NCBI GenBank assembly: GCA_051362555.1
Contig: CM120640.1
Location: forward strand, 59,684,788 to 59,748,787
Length of the DNA stretch: 64,000 nucleotides
Reading direction: 5' to 3'
Origin: Lingula anatina
Lineage: Eukaryota > Animalia > Brachiopoda
How positions within the stretch are numbered: the stretch's first letter is position 1; every line of letters starts with the position of its first letter. The position numbers and the translations under genes were made by a program. Below the pieces are notes generated by a model. The model searched no databases, was not told where the DNA came from, and saw only the letters and a program-made list of their open reading frames with translations. Below are positions 1 to 34,200 of the stretch, piece after piece.

Positions 1-3000
1 GCGGGGAAAGTCCATTCTTTGATATCACCCCATGCGCGGTGATATCAGCGTGTTCTATTCAAAGTTAGGGGGTTTGGCTGGCGCTCGGCATGCTATCATG
101 ATATCGGGCGAGGGGGTAACAGTGCATTATTTACTACATAAATGCAAATTCCAGCTGACCAACCAAGCTCAACCCAAGCATCCATGTACAAATACACAAT
201 TAAACACATGTTCCACTTAAAATATCATAAATGCATGTGTAGAATTAAAAAGGATAGATTTTATTTGGAATCTCCCATGACTGCTGCCTGTCCAAAGTAC
301 TTTCCATATGGATTTTTGTCATGTTTTAAGAATTAAAACTTGTAGATTTTAATTCCAATTTTCAGCACTTGGGAGAGGATCAAATTTATTAATAAAGAAT
401 TTATCATCCATTCCAGATAATGCTATATCATGTATATAATTTGATGTATAATTATTATAGTTTTTCATCAAATCAAATTTCTACTCCACCACATTATCAA
501 TCCTTATTTCATATTTTCACAATTTCAGAAGTAATATACCACAAGGACAATCAAACAAGAGTGTACAAAATGATAAGCTCTTCTGTCCTTCATTCTATTA
601 TTAGTTAATATTTACCTACATTGACTAAAACAATTTAGTATTACAGGAAATGTTGTTAAAAAGGCAAACATGAATGAGGTTTTTTGGCTTCATGTGTATG
701 TACTTCATGTTGTAATAACCTATGAAAATCCAAAGTGGTGCAATTTGTCTTTTCAAGGGGCAATCTGACTACGAGTGGTTATCTAAAAAGAAAATTATTT
801 TAATATAAAGGTTGTCCCAATTTCATCTGGGTTTTCAAAAGAACTTCAATAGATAACTTCATTTTCAGCTTCTTTCCTCTTCAACCTGGATTAGATACAT
901 GACTGCAATTACATTCTACTAAACCATGTTTTGTGCTTTGGCCTGTGCTTTGCCAAACGAGTGACCTATCTCTCCTACAATATTTTTGTCATCATCACAA
1001 TGACAGGTGGTTGTTGAACTGACTCTTTCTCTTGCTACACAAATTCATCATAAATTCACAATTCAATCAAATATTCTATGTGGTATATAACCAGGATGGG
1101 ACTCGGCCATCAGAATCTGCATTTCTGAATCCCCAAGACCTCAATCCACTTTTGTCCATCTTCCTCTGATCCTCATTACATGCTATTCTTGCAAATATTA
1201 TAACATTTACTCTAACCTTTATGTCATCTCAGATATGTACCACTTGACTGCAACCATACCCTTGAGAAATATTTTAGAACTCATGTTTTATACCAGGTTA
1301 TTAAATGAAGATATGGAACATAATACTTTACTTATAAAGCCAATTGCATGTCAAAATACTTCAGTCATTTATACCCTTTGCTTCATGAACAGAAGACAAT
1401 AGTCACACCTGCACATATTTTTTTGTTATGAGACATTTTGACAAATGCTAAAAAAAAGCCCATAATTTTTCTTACAATGTTTTTTACTTTTTTTCTTTGA
1501 AGGTCAAACATTTTTTTTTTCGTTTTGGTTTCTTTACATGTAAGCCAACATATTTAAAAATGCATAAATCCCACAACTTTATTCTATAACTGGTTAAACT
1601 ATGTAAGCCATTATTAAGTATAGGGATAATGAACATGATAATTATTTAGTTTTTCATATATATTTTTATATTCATATCAAGATGTTGGTGACGATCTTTT
1701 TTATTTCATTGATCAATAATATCTAAACTGATGGCAATTTTCAAACTTGCTTCCAGCTTTTTTTTTTCCAAATGAGCATACTACGTAAATGACACTGAAA
1801 GTTTTGCTGAAACAATAAAAAACAGAACAAGTTTCATAATATTAAACTTGGTAGATCTCAACAATACTGCTCTGCTCATGTTCTGCTGGTATTCAAAAAT
1901 AGAAGACAAAAGCAACAAGTTGCTAATAAATTTTTCTTTGAAAAATATACACCAAGCAGGCTTTGGGGAAATATGATAAAAACATGTTGTAAATTATGTA
2001 GGTTGTGTTATACTCAAAGCAACATAACAGTCCTCCTACTGGTATATTTCTAAAATAAAAGTTGTAATGAAATGCAACATTGTAAGAAGGAAAGGGTTTA
2101 GTTATGTTGACAAGAACTTGTTGTAATAACAATTGGGAATCAGTTCACATTTCATTATATTCCAACTTCTCTCCCTGGATGTATTATCCAAATAGTTTTG
2201 GAAGCTGGAAAGAAGTCAGGCAGATAAAATGACCACCTGACATTGTTTTAGAGTTCAAAACAGTTATGTAATAGAGCAAAATATGATGTAACCATATGTA
2301 CCTAATATTGTGTTATTTCCTCTGGGTTAAAATTGCTTTAAAATGTGCCAATGCTCATTAGTAACTTTAACCTCATATATAAATGGAAATAAAGTAAAAA
2401 AAAAAATATATATATATATATATATAATATGTATTAATATAAAATATATTATTATGTGCTATCGATAGAAGAGTCATCAACAAGAATCAATATTCCTAGA
2501 AATGTGAAACGCCCCATGCGACAAACTGTTTTACATGGACTAGGTAATTGTGTTGGTGACATACCCCATCAAACACAACTAGCGCAATTACATCTTTTCC
2601 TACTGAAAATAAAAGATCTACAACAAATTATTTTTTCTACTAGAATATCTATATTTACACTTGTTAGTCCCAAGACTAATAAGAGTTACTCATGCAGAAA
2701 CCTCTTTGTAGATTGGTATATATATTGGTTAAATACATGTTTTATATCAATAATATTATATGCAAAGATAATTTACCTGATGAGCTTCTGGGTCTTGTGA
2801 TACAAGTAACTATAAATGAAACAAAACTGAATTCAGTTCTTTGTTTCACAAACTAGTAAGTGAATAATGTTTTGAGGCCACTGGCTTTTAAAAGCATGTC
2901 CACTTTACAAAACAATTCACATTTTCTCAGATTTATCCTGACCAATCTATTTTTTCGCAAGATTTTCCCTGTATCATTGCCCATCAATAAAATTTTCATT

Positions 3001-4262
3001 TTCTTAGATGCTTCTTCTATCTTGCCAGGATATAAAAGGTAATAAGATCATACCTCTTAAAAAGCTATACACTGTTTATCAAACTTTAACTACGAGTATT
3101 AAAGGTAACATTATCAAAATCGAGTTTCATTCATATACATGTAACTAAAGCATTTAAACATAACATATGAATTAACAATAACCATAGAAAAAATTAACTG
3201 AAATTTACCAGCCAATATTTTGTATGCTGAAAGTTAAAATTTTTAAGGGAAATAAGGGCTGTAATAGATATAATATTACAACCCATCACCCCTCAGGTGT
3301 GTTGGTTCGGTCAAGTGCCCCCTCCTCTGCTTGTCCCTTTCTCCCTGGAGAATCGAAAATTGAGGCTGGTCCAGTCCATCATTTCTATTGTGTTTAGCCA
3401 ATGTAGTCAATAACTGTGTGCCAAATCAGCTACTAGTAGCTACTGCATGGTACAGTATGATATTTTTGAAAATTTTCAAGACTCATAGGGTACACAACCT
3501 GATCCCAACAGATACAATGTAGCATACTGTATCCAGCACTGCTAAAATGAATCATGAGAACAGCATAATAGGCAAATAAATTTGAATGCTGGGGTAAGGA
3601 GGCACGTACTTATATGCCCTTAATAATTGTTGAAATATAGGTACAATATCACAGAGGTGGAATCATTTTTGAGTTTAATCACATCCTGTCTGACCTATGT
3701 GCACACCTGTAGCACTCCCTTGGCCTTCTGTCTATTGTGCTGCACTGTCTGCACTGCCAGCTGACCCAGTGTTATGCCACGCTTAACAATGTCCGTGTTT
3801 AAAATCAAAACAAAACCACTCGGGCAAAGCAGTTATTCACTTGTCCTCAACTGTACTAGTAAATTTGCAAGTGGTTAAAATATGTATGTGTTAAAACACG
3901 GGTATAAATAAGTGATAGTTGATCTCTTCAATATCTACACGGTACTTTTTCTTGGACATGCTCAAGGAAGTTACTCAAAATTGCCTAAAATTTCTTCAGC
4001 AAATACTGAAAATGTTGTGGACATACGTCTAACTTCGTAAATGCGAAGTTGTGAAAGCCGCAAGACAAACATGTTTACAACTAGACAAGACAGTGTCTAC
4101 TACCGGGGATGAATGATCAAACAAGTGAGCATTATCATTATAAACATTTCACAATCAAGATACAATCGAGGTGACACTACCAGTACATCTTATACTATTA
4201 ACATTGCTATACATAATTGAATGATAGAATCGGCGTGCGAACACTTATCGTTAGGATATTAC

Positions 4263-4388
4263 CTTGAAAAGACTTTCCAGCAGCTTGTCTTCTTGTGAAA
4301 AATGCTTTTCTGAAGACTGTTTTTCACTTTTTAACCCTGATTTATCCACGTGATGTCGATGGTGATTTCCACTGTGATGCGCACCCAT
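4263..4388 (-). CDS. Probable first coding exon of an unidentified, putatively N-myristoylated protein (MGAHHSGNHHRHHVDKSGLKSEKQSSEKHFSQEDKLLESLFK), divergent from ZDHHC; partial
   Basis: ATG at 4388 in AAAATGG context, 42 open codons, AAG|GTAATA donor (phase 0). MGxxxS myristoylation consensus. Possible 33-nt second exon 2777-2809 (LLVSQDPEAHQ; TTTATAG acceptor, CAG|GTAAAT donor). Further exons could not be traced. Confidence 0.45.
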
Positions 4389-4768
4389 TTTGCTTATGTT
4401 GTGTGTGATGCGTGCGCTTGGAAAGTCCTTGACCTTGTCAACTCCACTTTAGTGCCATAATGTATCCCAGCATTCCGTCACCGAGCCTTTTTACGCGGAG
4501 TAGTAATCGAAATTATGTCAAAATGTAATCAGAACCTTTTTAAGTCTTTTAAGTTTATCCACTCATTAACATACTACATAGCTTATTTTCTTTTTGCATA
4601 AGATAAAGCATTTTATGCAAGAAAAAACGGAATTCAATAAATATGATTCATGACCTAATTTTAACAGCGCATGCTATTAGATGTTAACCGGCTTCATCTG
4701 GGAGTGGGGAGAGAAAATCCTTTTCTATGTGATTCTTAAATAGTAGCATTATTTACGTTCGTTTCAAA
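4389..4768. promoter_or_regulatory. Putative bidirectional promoter with ZNF143/Staf-like site ATCCCAGCATTCC (4464-4476)
   Basis: 380 bp between divergent ATGs, locally CpG-richer than flanking introns. The 13-mer is identical to one upstream of unc-119 (60674-60686, minus). Confidence 0.4.
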
Positions 4769-27135
<22,367 letters not shown>

Positions 27136-29243
27136 AATTTCCAGACAAAAAGAAATGCACTGTAGGTTGACTAGTCTAAGCCTCAGGGTTTTCCAAGGTT
27201 TGAAAGGAAAGTAGCTGAATATGTTACAAGCCCAGTTTGGTCAATGAAAGTGCTATCCCCAATGTGGAAAAGATGAGCATTATACTCTTGTTTGCACTTG
27301 AACTAATGAGAGTGACGACATTCTAGTTATTAAAGCTGGTGTTTTTTTTTTGTTTTGTTTTTTTAGTGTAAGCTTTGTAACAGAAACAAAGTCACAAATG
27401 TTGTGTATGGTCAGTTTGGGCAAGTATGTTACATGTCATATTATAAGAGCCTTGTTACATATCGGTGTAAACAACGGATCATTCCATTTTGGTTCAGGTC
27501 TTAACAGAATGCCTTCAGTATGAAAGGCAATCAGGTAGGCGGAATACTGCTAGTGACAATTTCAGAACTGCAGAGTTGTAAGCATATTTTTCTAACCAAA
27601 CTCTGCAGTCTATGTTGCAATCTCATCAAAGTCTAGAAAAAGTAAGAAATGTAAAATTGTAAGAAGGATCTGTTTGTGGTCTGTAAGAGAGCAATACTCC
27701 CATAGATCACTTTTTTTTATCATTCTCTCCGAAGTGAAGAGCTGATGGGGTCTTCCAAAAATGTCTATATTCATAAAAGAGAAAATAGGCTATTTTTACA
27801 ACTATCACATTAAAAAAAGAATGAGCAGCAATGATTACCATTTGGTTATGAAGCCCAATAACAAACTTGTCATCTAGGACTTGTGTACCTGTTCATGAGT
27901 TCATTTTAAAAATGCATGTTGTTATTGGACAACTGATTACAAGGGATGAAGTGGATCCTTGGAAAGTTACCACTGACAGATACATACACCTGATTGCAAG
28001 AATTCAGACCTTGTATAAGGTAATTAAGCATGCTCCTGGTAAATCAGAAAAAAGTAAACACTTCAAGTGGGTCTTACCGATTAGGCAGTTGTACAGCAAA
28101 ATATTTTTAAAAATTCCCTGAAGCTATGTCCATTGCCTGAGGCATACCTTATATTAATCAGGCGAGAAAAGATCAAATGATAAGTTTTTAAGATCAACCT
28201 TGTAAAAAAAAAAAGGCACTTCTTTGTCTTAATTTTTCAACATTTCTGTTCTGCAATTTGCGAATTGACCGGCTAGAAGTGTAGGAACAACTTCGCAGTA
28301 TCTTCTTTCTTGAAAATTGGTAATGGGGCTCATATATAAAGTATTTTTCTTTATTTACCAGACCAATTGAACTTCTGATCATGCCCTCCACATTAAACAT
28401 TTTTTCACACATTTCGGTAAGACCCGCTTTAAGAACTAGGTGTTTGAATATACAGCCATAAGTTGGTATAATTAACCTGGTCTTAATTGTGGTAAGTTAT
28501 TGCTATGAAACATTACTTATAATGCTTTTTAACTAAATCGGACCATTTGGTAATTATGTTCAAATTCTAGTTTAATAAGTGAATCAGAATTTATATTTTA
28601 TATTGGGTGACAAACTTGGATAGAAAATGGTGTAAAAAAGATGATCATGTCATTGAAGATTTTTTTATATTTGTTTATGATTATATTGAAATATTACACA
28701 AGATGTTGTTTTGCTTGTTGGCTAAATGGCATGTATTTTAAAGGTTTTTGCTGTGTCCAAGCTTTGCAAGATTTACACAATACAACTAAGTGCTAATTTT
28801 GCTCATTATAACATGATGATCACAGTGTTTAATATAGTGTACATTGCATTTACAAGTAGGATGTTTTCAGACATATGTAATCAGTTTATATGATAACAGA
28901 ATTTAGTTATATTTATTATTGTCAGTCTTCAAAACTGTATAAAGACAAAATGATGTAACATAGCAAATGTCTTCTTTTATAATAATAAAAGGTTATAAAC
29001 TTACATTGTGTGATTATGAGTATGGTAATTACAACTTCCCAAGTGAGTGGCATCTGCAGATACCAACCTTCAATTTGTGGCCAAATATATGTGTGTTTCA
29101 AATAAGGTTATTTTATCTTAAATATAAGAATGGACATGATCTAACATTTACAGATGCCATTTGTAATGAATGGTTAATGACCAGTAAAAAATTCTAGAAA
29201 AATTCTTCTGAATCATTGTTTTTATAACAATGCCTCATAATAG

Positions 29244-30856
29244 CTATGTCTCTGTGCCCTCATCTTCAATGGGTTCCACAATCTGCAAGCAAGAATCCAC
29301 AAATTCTGCAAAAACTGGCTCATGCATTGCATTGTCGATGTCTTTGGCGGTATTGTCACTTCTGTCCAGTGCTAACAGCATATTGCACAGGTGTGGGTTT
29401 TCTAAAAGGCTTCTTAACTCTTCGGATTGACCTAAAATGAAGAAAAAATTTTAATTTAATAAACTAATAGAGAAAAATTGCATTTTAAAAAGTAAACAGT
29501 CTTCAAACAACACTTTGCTGTTAGATGATACATTTGTATTTCAAGACTCAATTTTCACACTTGAAAGTAAATGTTTAATAATGCACGTTAGTTATCCTCA
29601 GTAATACCACACTTTACCTAGTAACTTCAATTTTTGCTCTGAAACCTGATCTTCACTTTTATCTTCATCTCCACAAGAATCTTCTGAAATCAAAAATTTC
29701 CATTTAAACTACTTGGTAATGCTGACAGACACTTGAAAGATGTGTTTTGCCAATGCTCCATTTTATCATAAACAGGCAAGTTCTAGTAAACATTTTTTAA
29801 ATAATCTAATCAAGCAGGTTTTAAAAACAAATCAATGCCACTCTACAGATACACAGTTTGGCACTTATTAAGTCAATAACTTGAGTAAAAATTAAATTGA
29901 ACGGGTGTTTATATGATTTAAAATCAACAGAAACAGTGTAATGCTAGTATCCTAGAAATATAGGTGCTAATTTTTTTTCTTACCAAGCTGTGAGGTGTGT
30001 GTACAGGCAGTAGAAGAATGAGTACCTATTTTTTTAGGCAAGTTACATCCCACCTCTGGAGCAAAATGAATGTTGAAAATAAATAATATATCAAAATTCT
30101 GAGGTAAAAATGTTTTGCAGAATTCATTTTTCGTTAAGGGTCACTTAATTAAAGCACTTAATGCGAACTTTTCTTATCAATATTTGATCTTTGCTCCACT
30201 GAAATTTATTTGACAAATAAGTCTTCCATACATGGATTAATTCAATTACACAAACAATATTAAACTGTACAGAAAAACATAATCCAACAAGTATTATATT
30301 CAATAAAAAGTACCTTTGTGTTTTCTGTAACAAGGCACTGAGCAGCTGTAAGAGAAAAGTAAACCATTTGTGATTCATGGAACTTATGCTGATATAGATA
30401 AATCCCCCAAACCATTGTACACCTATTGAGACAAACTATTGATATCACATACTGAGAATACAGATCTCATTACAAAAAAAAAAAAGAAAAACATTTTAGA
30501 AAAAAACCAGGGACTAATTTTGAACGTAGAAATGGATTTGTTAACCTTTGGTGAGTATAGGAAAATTGTCATTTACCCCAGAAAAATTCATTTTTTGGCC
30601 AAAATGAACAGTTGTTGTCCTTTTAAGGAAGCAAAGCCCCCCCCCCCCCCCCCCCCCCCCACCACCACCACCATCTACAACTACACACACCAACGAAAAA
30701 TTCAAAGTCACAGCATTCAAAGATAATTTTTTACAACAGAGGCTAAGGATTAGTGTCTACTTACTATTTTGTACGACATTTAGGGCATTTGTACTTAGCC
30801 ATGTGCACTGTACAGATACCGCACGTTTCTGAAATCTTAGCCCCGTGTTTATCCAT
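29244..30856 (-). CDS. ZNHIT3: Zinc finger HIT domain-containing protein 3 (TRIP3; box C/D snoRNP assembly factor), 149 aa, 5 exons
   Basis: Exons (minus) 30765-30856, 30314-30345, 29984-30055, 29618-29683, 29244-29431. HIT finger CGIC...KYKCPKCRTKYCSVPCYRKHK; C-terminal LGQSEELRSLLENPHL...AMHEPVFAEFVDSCLQIVEP matches the ZNHIT3 C-terminal domain. Missed by the ORF track because exons are short. Confidence 0.92.
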
Positions 30857-31294
30857 GCTTTTCTACGGAAGTGCCCTGCAACAGCTAAATACGGATATGT
30901 CTCCGCGTAGAAAAGATAATCTCGCTATTTAATGTTCCATTTTTGTTATAGCAGAAATCGTCTGCAAAGGAAATCTTTTTTGCAATTTATTTGTGTGATA
31001 TTAGGGCGACTGCTTTGATATCAAAATTTATCTTGATTGCAGTGCTTTCATGCGCAGTAATCCAAAACATTATTACCCCGCACTAAATGATAATTATAAT
31101 TGTCTTTGCACTTTATACTCTTTGAATTCTTAGTTACGCCTCTAATATTTTGAATTTGAATTGTAACGTAAAATGTATTTTTCCTTTACCCATAAAATTG
31201 TAAGACATGATTAGAATTAACAATGTGCGTGTTTGTTATTGTATTAAGTGCAGAGTCCTGTTAATGAGAACTGTGGTGTGAATGGAAAGTAGAA
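30857..31294. promoter_or_regulatory. Putative bidirectional promoter between ZNHIT3 and the phosphatase, with ETS/GABP-type CGGAAGTG (30866-30873)
   Basis: 438 bp between divergent start codons. ETS core motif present. A TGCAG acceptor at 31253 hints at a 5' UTR intron of the phosphatase. Confidence 0.4.
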
Positions 31295-34200
31295 ATGGCT
31301 CGGTTCGGAGGGCAGGATGTCGATGGGTTTGCTGATGGCAAGACAGACAAAAACGGCACATCCTTAAGACCTGTTTGTGAATACGTAAGCGTACTTTTGC
31401 CTAGAGAACAAGATGGAAAATACCTACTGACGCAGTACGATGATCGAGGGTGGTGGTTACCGTCAGATTGCAAGGATGAAAGAGAATCCTTTAAGGATGC
31501 AGCACAAAAATTTGCAACACAGGTACCCTCAAATCCCTTGCAAATGAGACCATGCAATTTTTCATGTGAAAAGTTATTGGATGCTCATTTAAGAATATGT
31601 AAATCATTAATTGCAGCTTCAAAATATTCAATATACATAATACAAAGCCATTTATTCTACTGGTAATCGCAGTACGCCACAGGTTGTTTTTATTGATTTC
31701 CTATTATACAGTTGCGTGCAATCCCACATATACAGGTTGATTCATGTGCATTTGCATATACATGTTTGGATTAAAAAATGATTCATATCTGATTCAGAAC
31801 AGATTTCTGTGTGGATTTAATCTAGCAGGAAATCCATGTGTTAGCATTCCTATATGCAGTTCCTGATATGTATGCTATACTAAGGTCTTTGCTCTCATGC
31901 ATTAGCACAGCATACATATCAGGAGCAGAAAATATGAGAGCTAATGCATGAGATTAGTGCTAGTTTCAATCCTGACATTTTTCTGATACAACCAATGACA
32001 GGCCAGTCAAATCTCACACATCAGACGTGAGACTTCCACATTGGCAATTTCTTTTGAGTAATGTGATTTTTGCTTTTTTAACATGAACAGCAAAGTTTAC
32101 TAGTAGGTTTTAAAAACTGGATAACCATACATGGTGACTGGGTGAGTATTAAAAGGACAAATTAATTTTGTAATTTTAGATATAAAATGTTTTCTTAATA
32201 TATGACTATTTTTATTTTGTAAGTTAATTAACAATATTTTTTTTATAGTTGGCTGGTACTGAAGTCGGTCTTCAAGGCATTCTGAAAAGTCATATTGTCC
32301 GGTTGAAGGAATCCCTCAGGCTTGATATTACCTTTTTGGCTCATCCCATCAATTGGAAGGACACGGGAATTGTAACCACATGACTACTTTACTTACTGTT
32401 CTTGAGAATATAAATTTATTTTCTTTTATTCCACATATAGCTGTAAAATAACGTTGTTGATGAGACATTTGCATAGATTTTGCATGATCAGTTAAATTCT
32501 GATGTATGGAACATATTATTCATCAGATTTTCATGTTTTGTTTCTGGTCTTCTTTTTTTAGCTTACATCCATAAAATTTTTAATATTTTTTTAGAATGAT
32601 GGCAATAGGATATGGGTTTCTCTGAGTGAATTGAAGAAAGCAGTGGAAGCAGGGGTGGAACCTACTCTACTGGGCAGGGAACCAATAGAGCTTATGAGTC
32701 AAGTAGAAAAGGGTAAGAAGATATATCTATCTTGAAGAGTAGTTCCACAAAATTTTTATCCATCTCTCAGGCAGGTGAATGTGTCATTGTGTGCTAACTT
32801 AAATGGTAAAGTAAACAAATGTATTTGTGAATGTTGATGATATACCTTCCATTATTTATAGTATAAGCATTTATAATAAAAGGATCTTTTTTCAGGTCTA
32901 AGGTTGTCAAGCCTTATTAGAAAATGTCAGTGTTGTAGTTATTTTTGCAGCAACAGTTTTTAACTTCTGCAGTAAGATTTTTCACCAGGTGATTTATCTC
33001 CCTAGATTCTTTTCAATGAATTAGAATAAGTCAGATGTATTATAAATATGTGCTGTCATTGTAGGCCCGTAGCCAGGGGGGGTTCGGGGGGTTCGAAAGA
33101 ACCGCCCCTTTTGGTGGGAAAAGGTCCACTCTGGGTAAATTTTGATCTAGGTTTATTGAAGTTTTTATGGAAAAAGGTCCACTTTTTCAGAAAAAGAACC
33201 CCCCTTTTGAAATTGCTGGCTACGGGCCTGCATTGATAATTGCTTAACAGTGTTGTTATCCTCTTCATCTGCAGGCAGTTGTATTGTTCCATTGTCATTT
33301 CTAAGTGAACACATGGCAGATTGTACTGAAAGTTCTGTGGATAACCATGATTCTCCACAAAAACAATTACTCAAGGCTGCTAAACTGGGCAAAGAAGGTG
33401 AGAAATATCACATTACATAAAGCACCTAAGATGAACTTGTGTTGGACTTAAGCTGATGAAAAGCTCCAGCTATGTGTGCTGTTAAATTACTTGTTATTTT
33501 GGCATACCATTTGTGGTATAAATCAGTCTACCATCAATTGTTGAATGCTGTTAATGTTGTTGAATGCTGGGATTTTTAGTTTTGAAGACCTTAACATGAC
33601 ACTGGCTTTTTGGTGCATAGTTACACTGTAAAGTATTCCTTCATACTATATATAAATAGATGTAATACCGTATAGCTAAAAAAAAAACACGACTATTGGT
33701 ACGCGTATGATCGATAACTGATTTAATTCTCGTAAGATTACCATCCGCCGTTTCTCGGACGCAGTCCCAGACAAAGGATCGGAAAGTTTCTAAATAAAAG
33801 AACTTATAAATGCTGCCACTAGCCATCCTTATTGTTCCTAAGTAAAGAGAGGCGATAATGATCTTTTCTTTCTTCTAGCTTAGTCTGTCGACTAAAATGA
33901 ACAAGGTTAGGCCTACAATGCAACCACCTATTATTACGACCATTAATGAGGTTCTTTGCTACACTCCCTTTCTTCATGATCGCGAAACCAGTGGGGTGCT
34001 GTGTTTTAAATATATAAAAAAGGGTCTCGCGAGGTGAAGCTACAATAATGAAATAAAAAAATCCAATGAATAGGCCTAGCCAATAAACCATGAAGCACGT
34101 AGTCTAGGCCTCTTCTTTGACCGACATCACATTTTTACATTCTTTGTTTTAATAAGAGGACGAACGTGGTCTAATTTGTCTTTTGGTGGTGTGTGATTTT

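Noticed and set aside
1-124. GC-rich segment ending in AACAGTG
   Set aside because: Probably the right end of a DNA transposon, but the partner end is outside the window, so it cannot be called.
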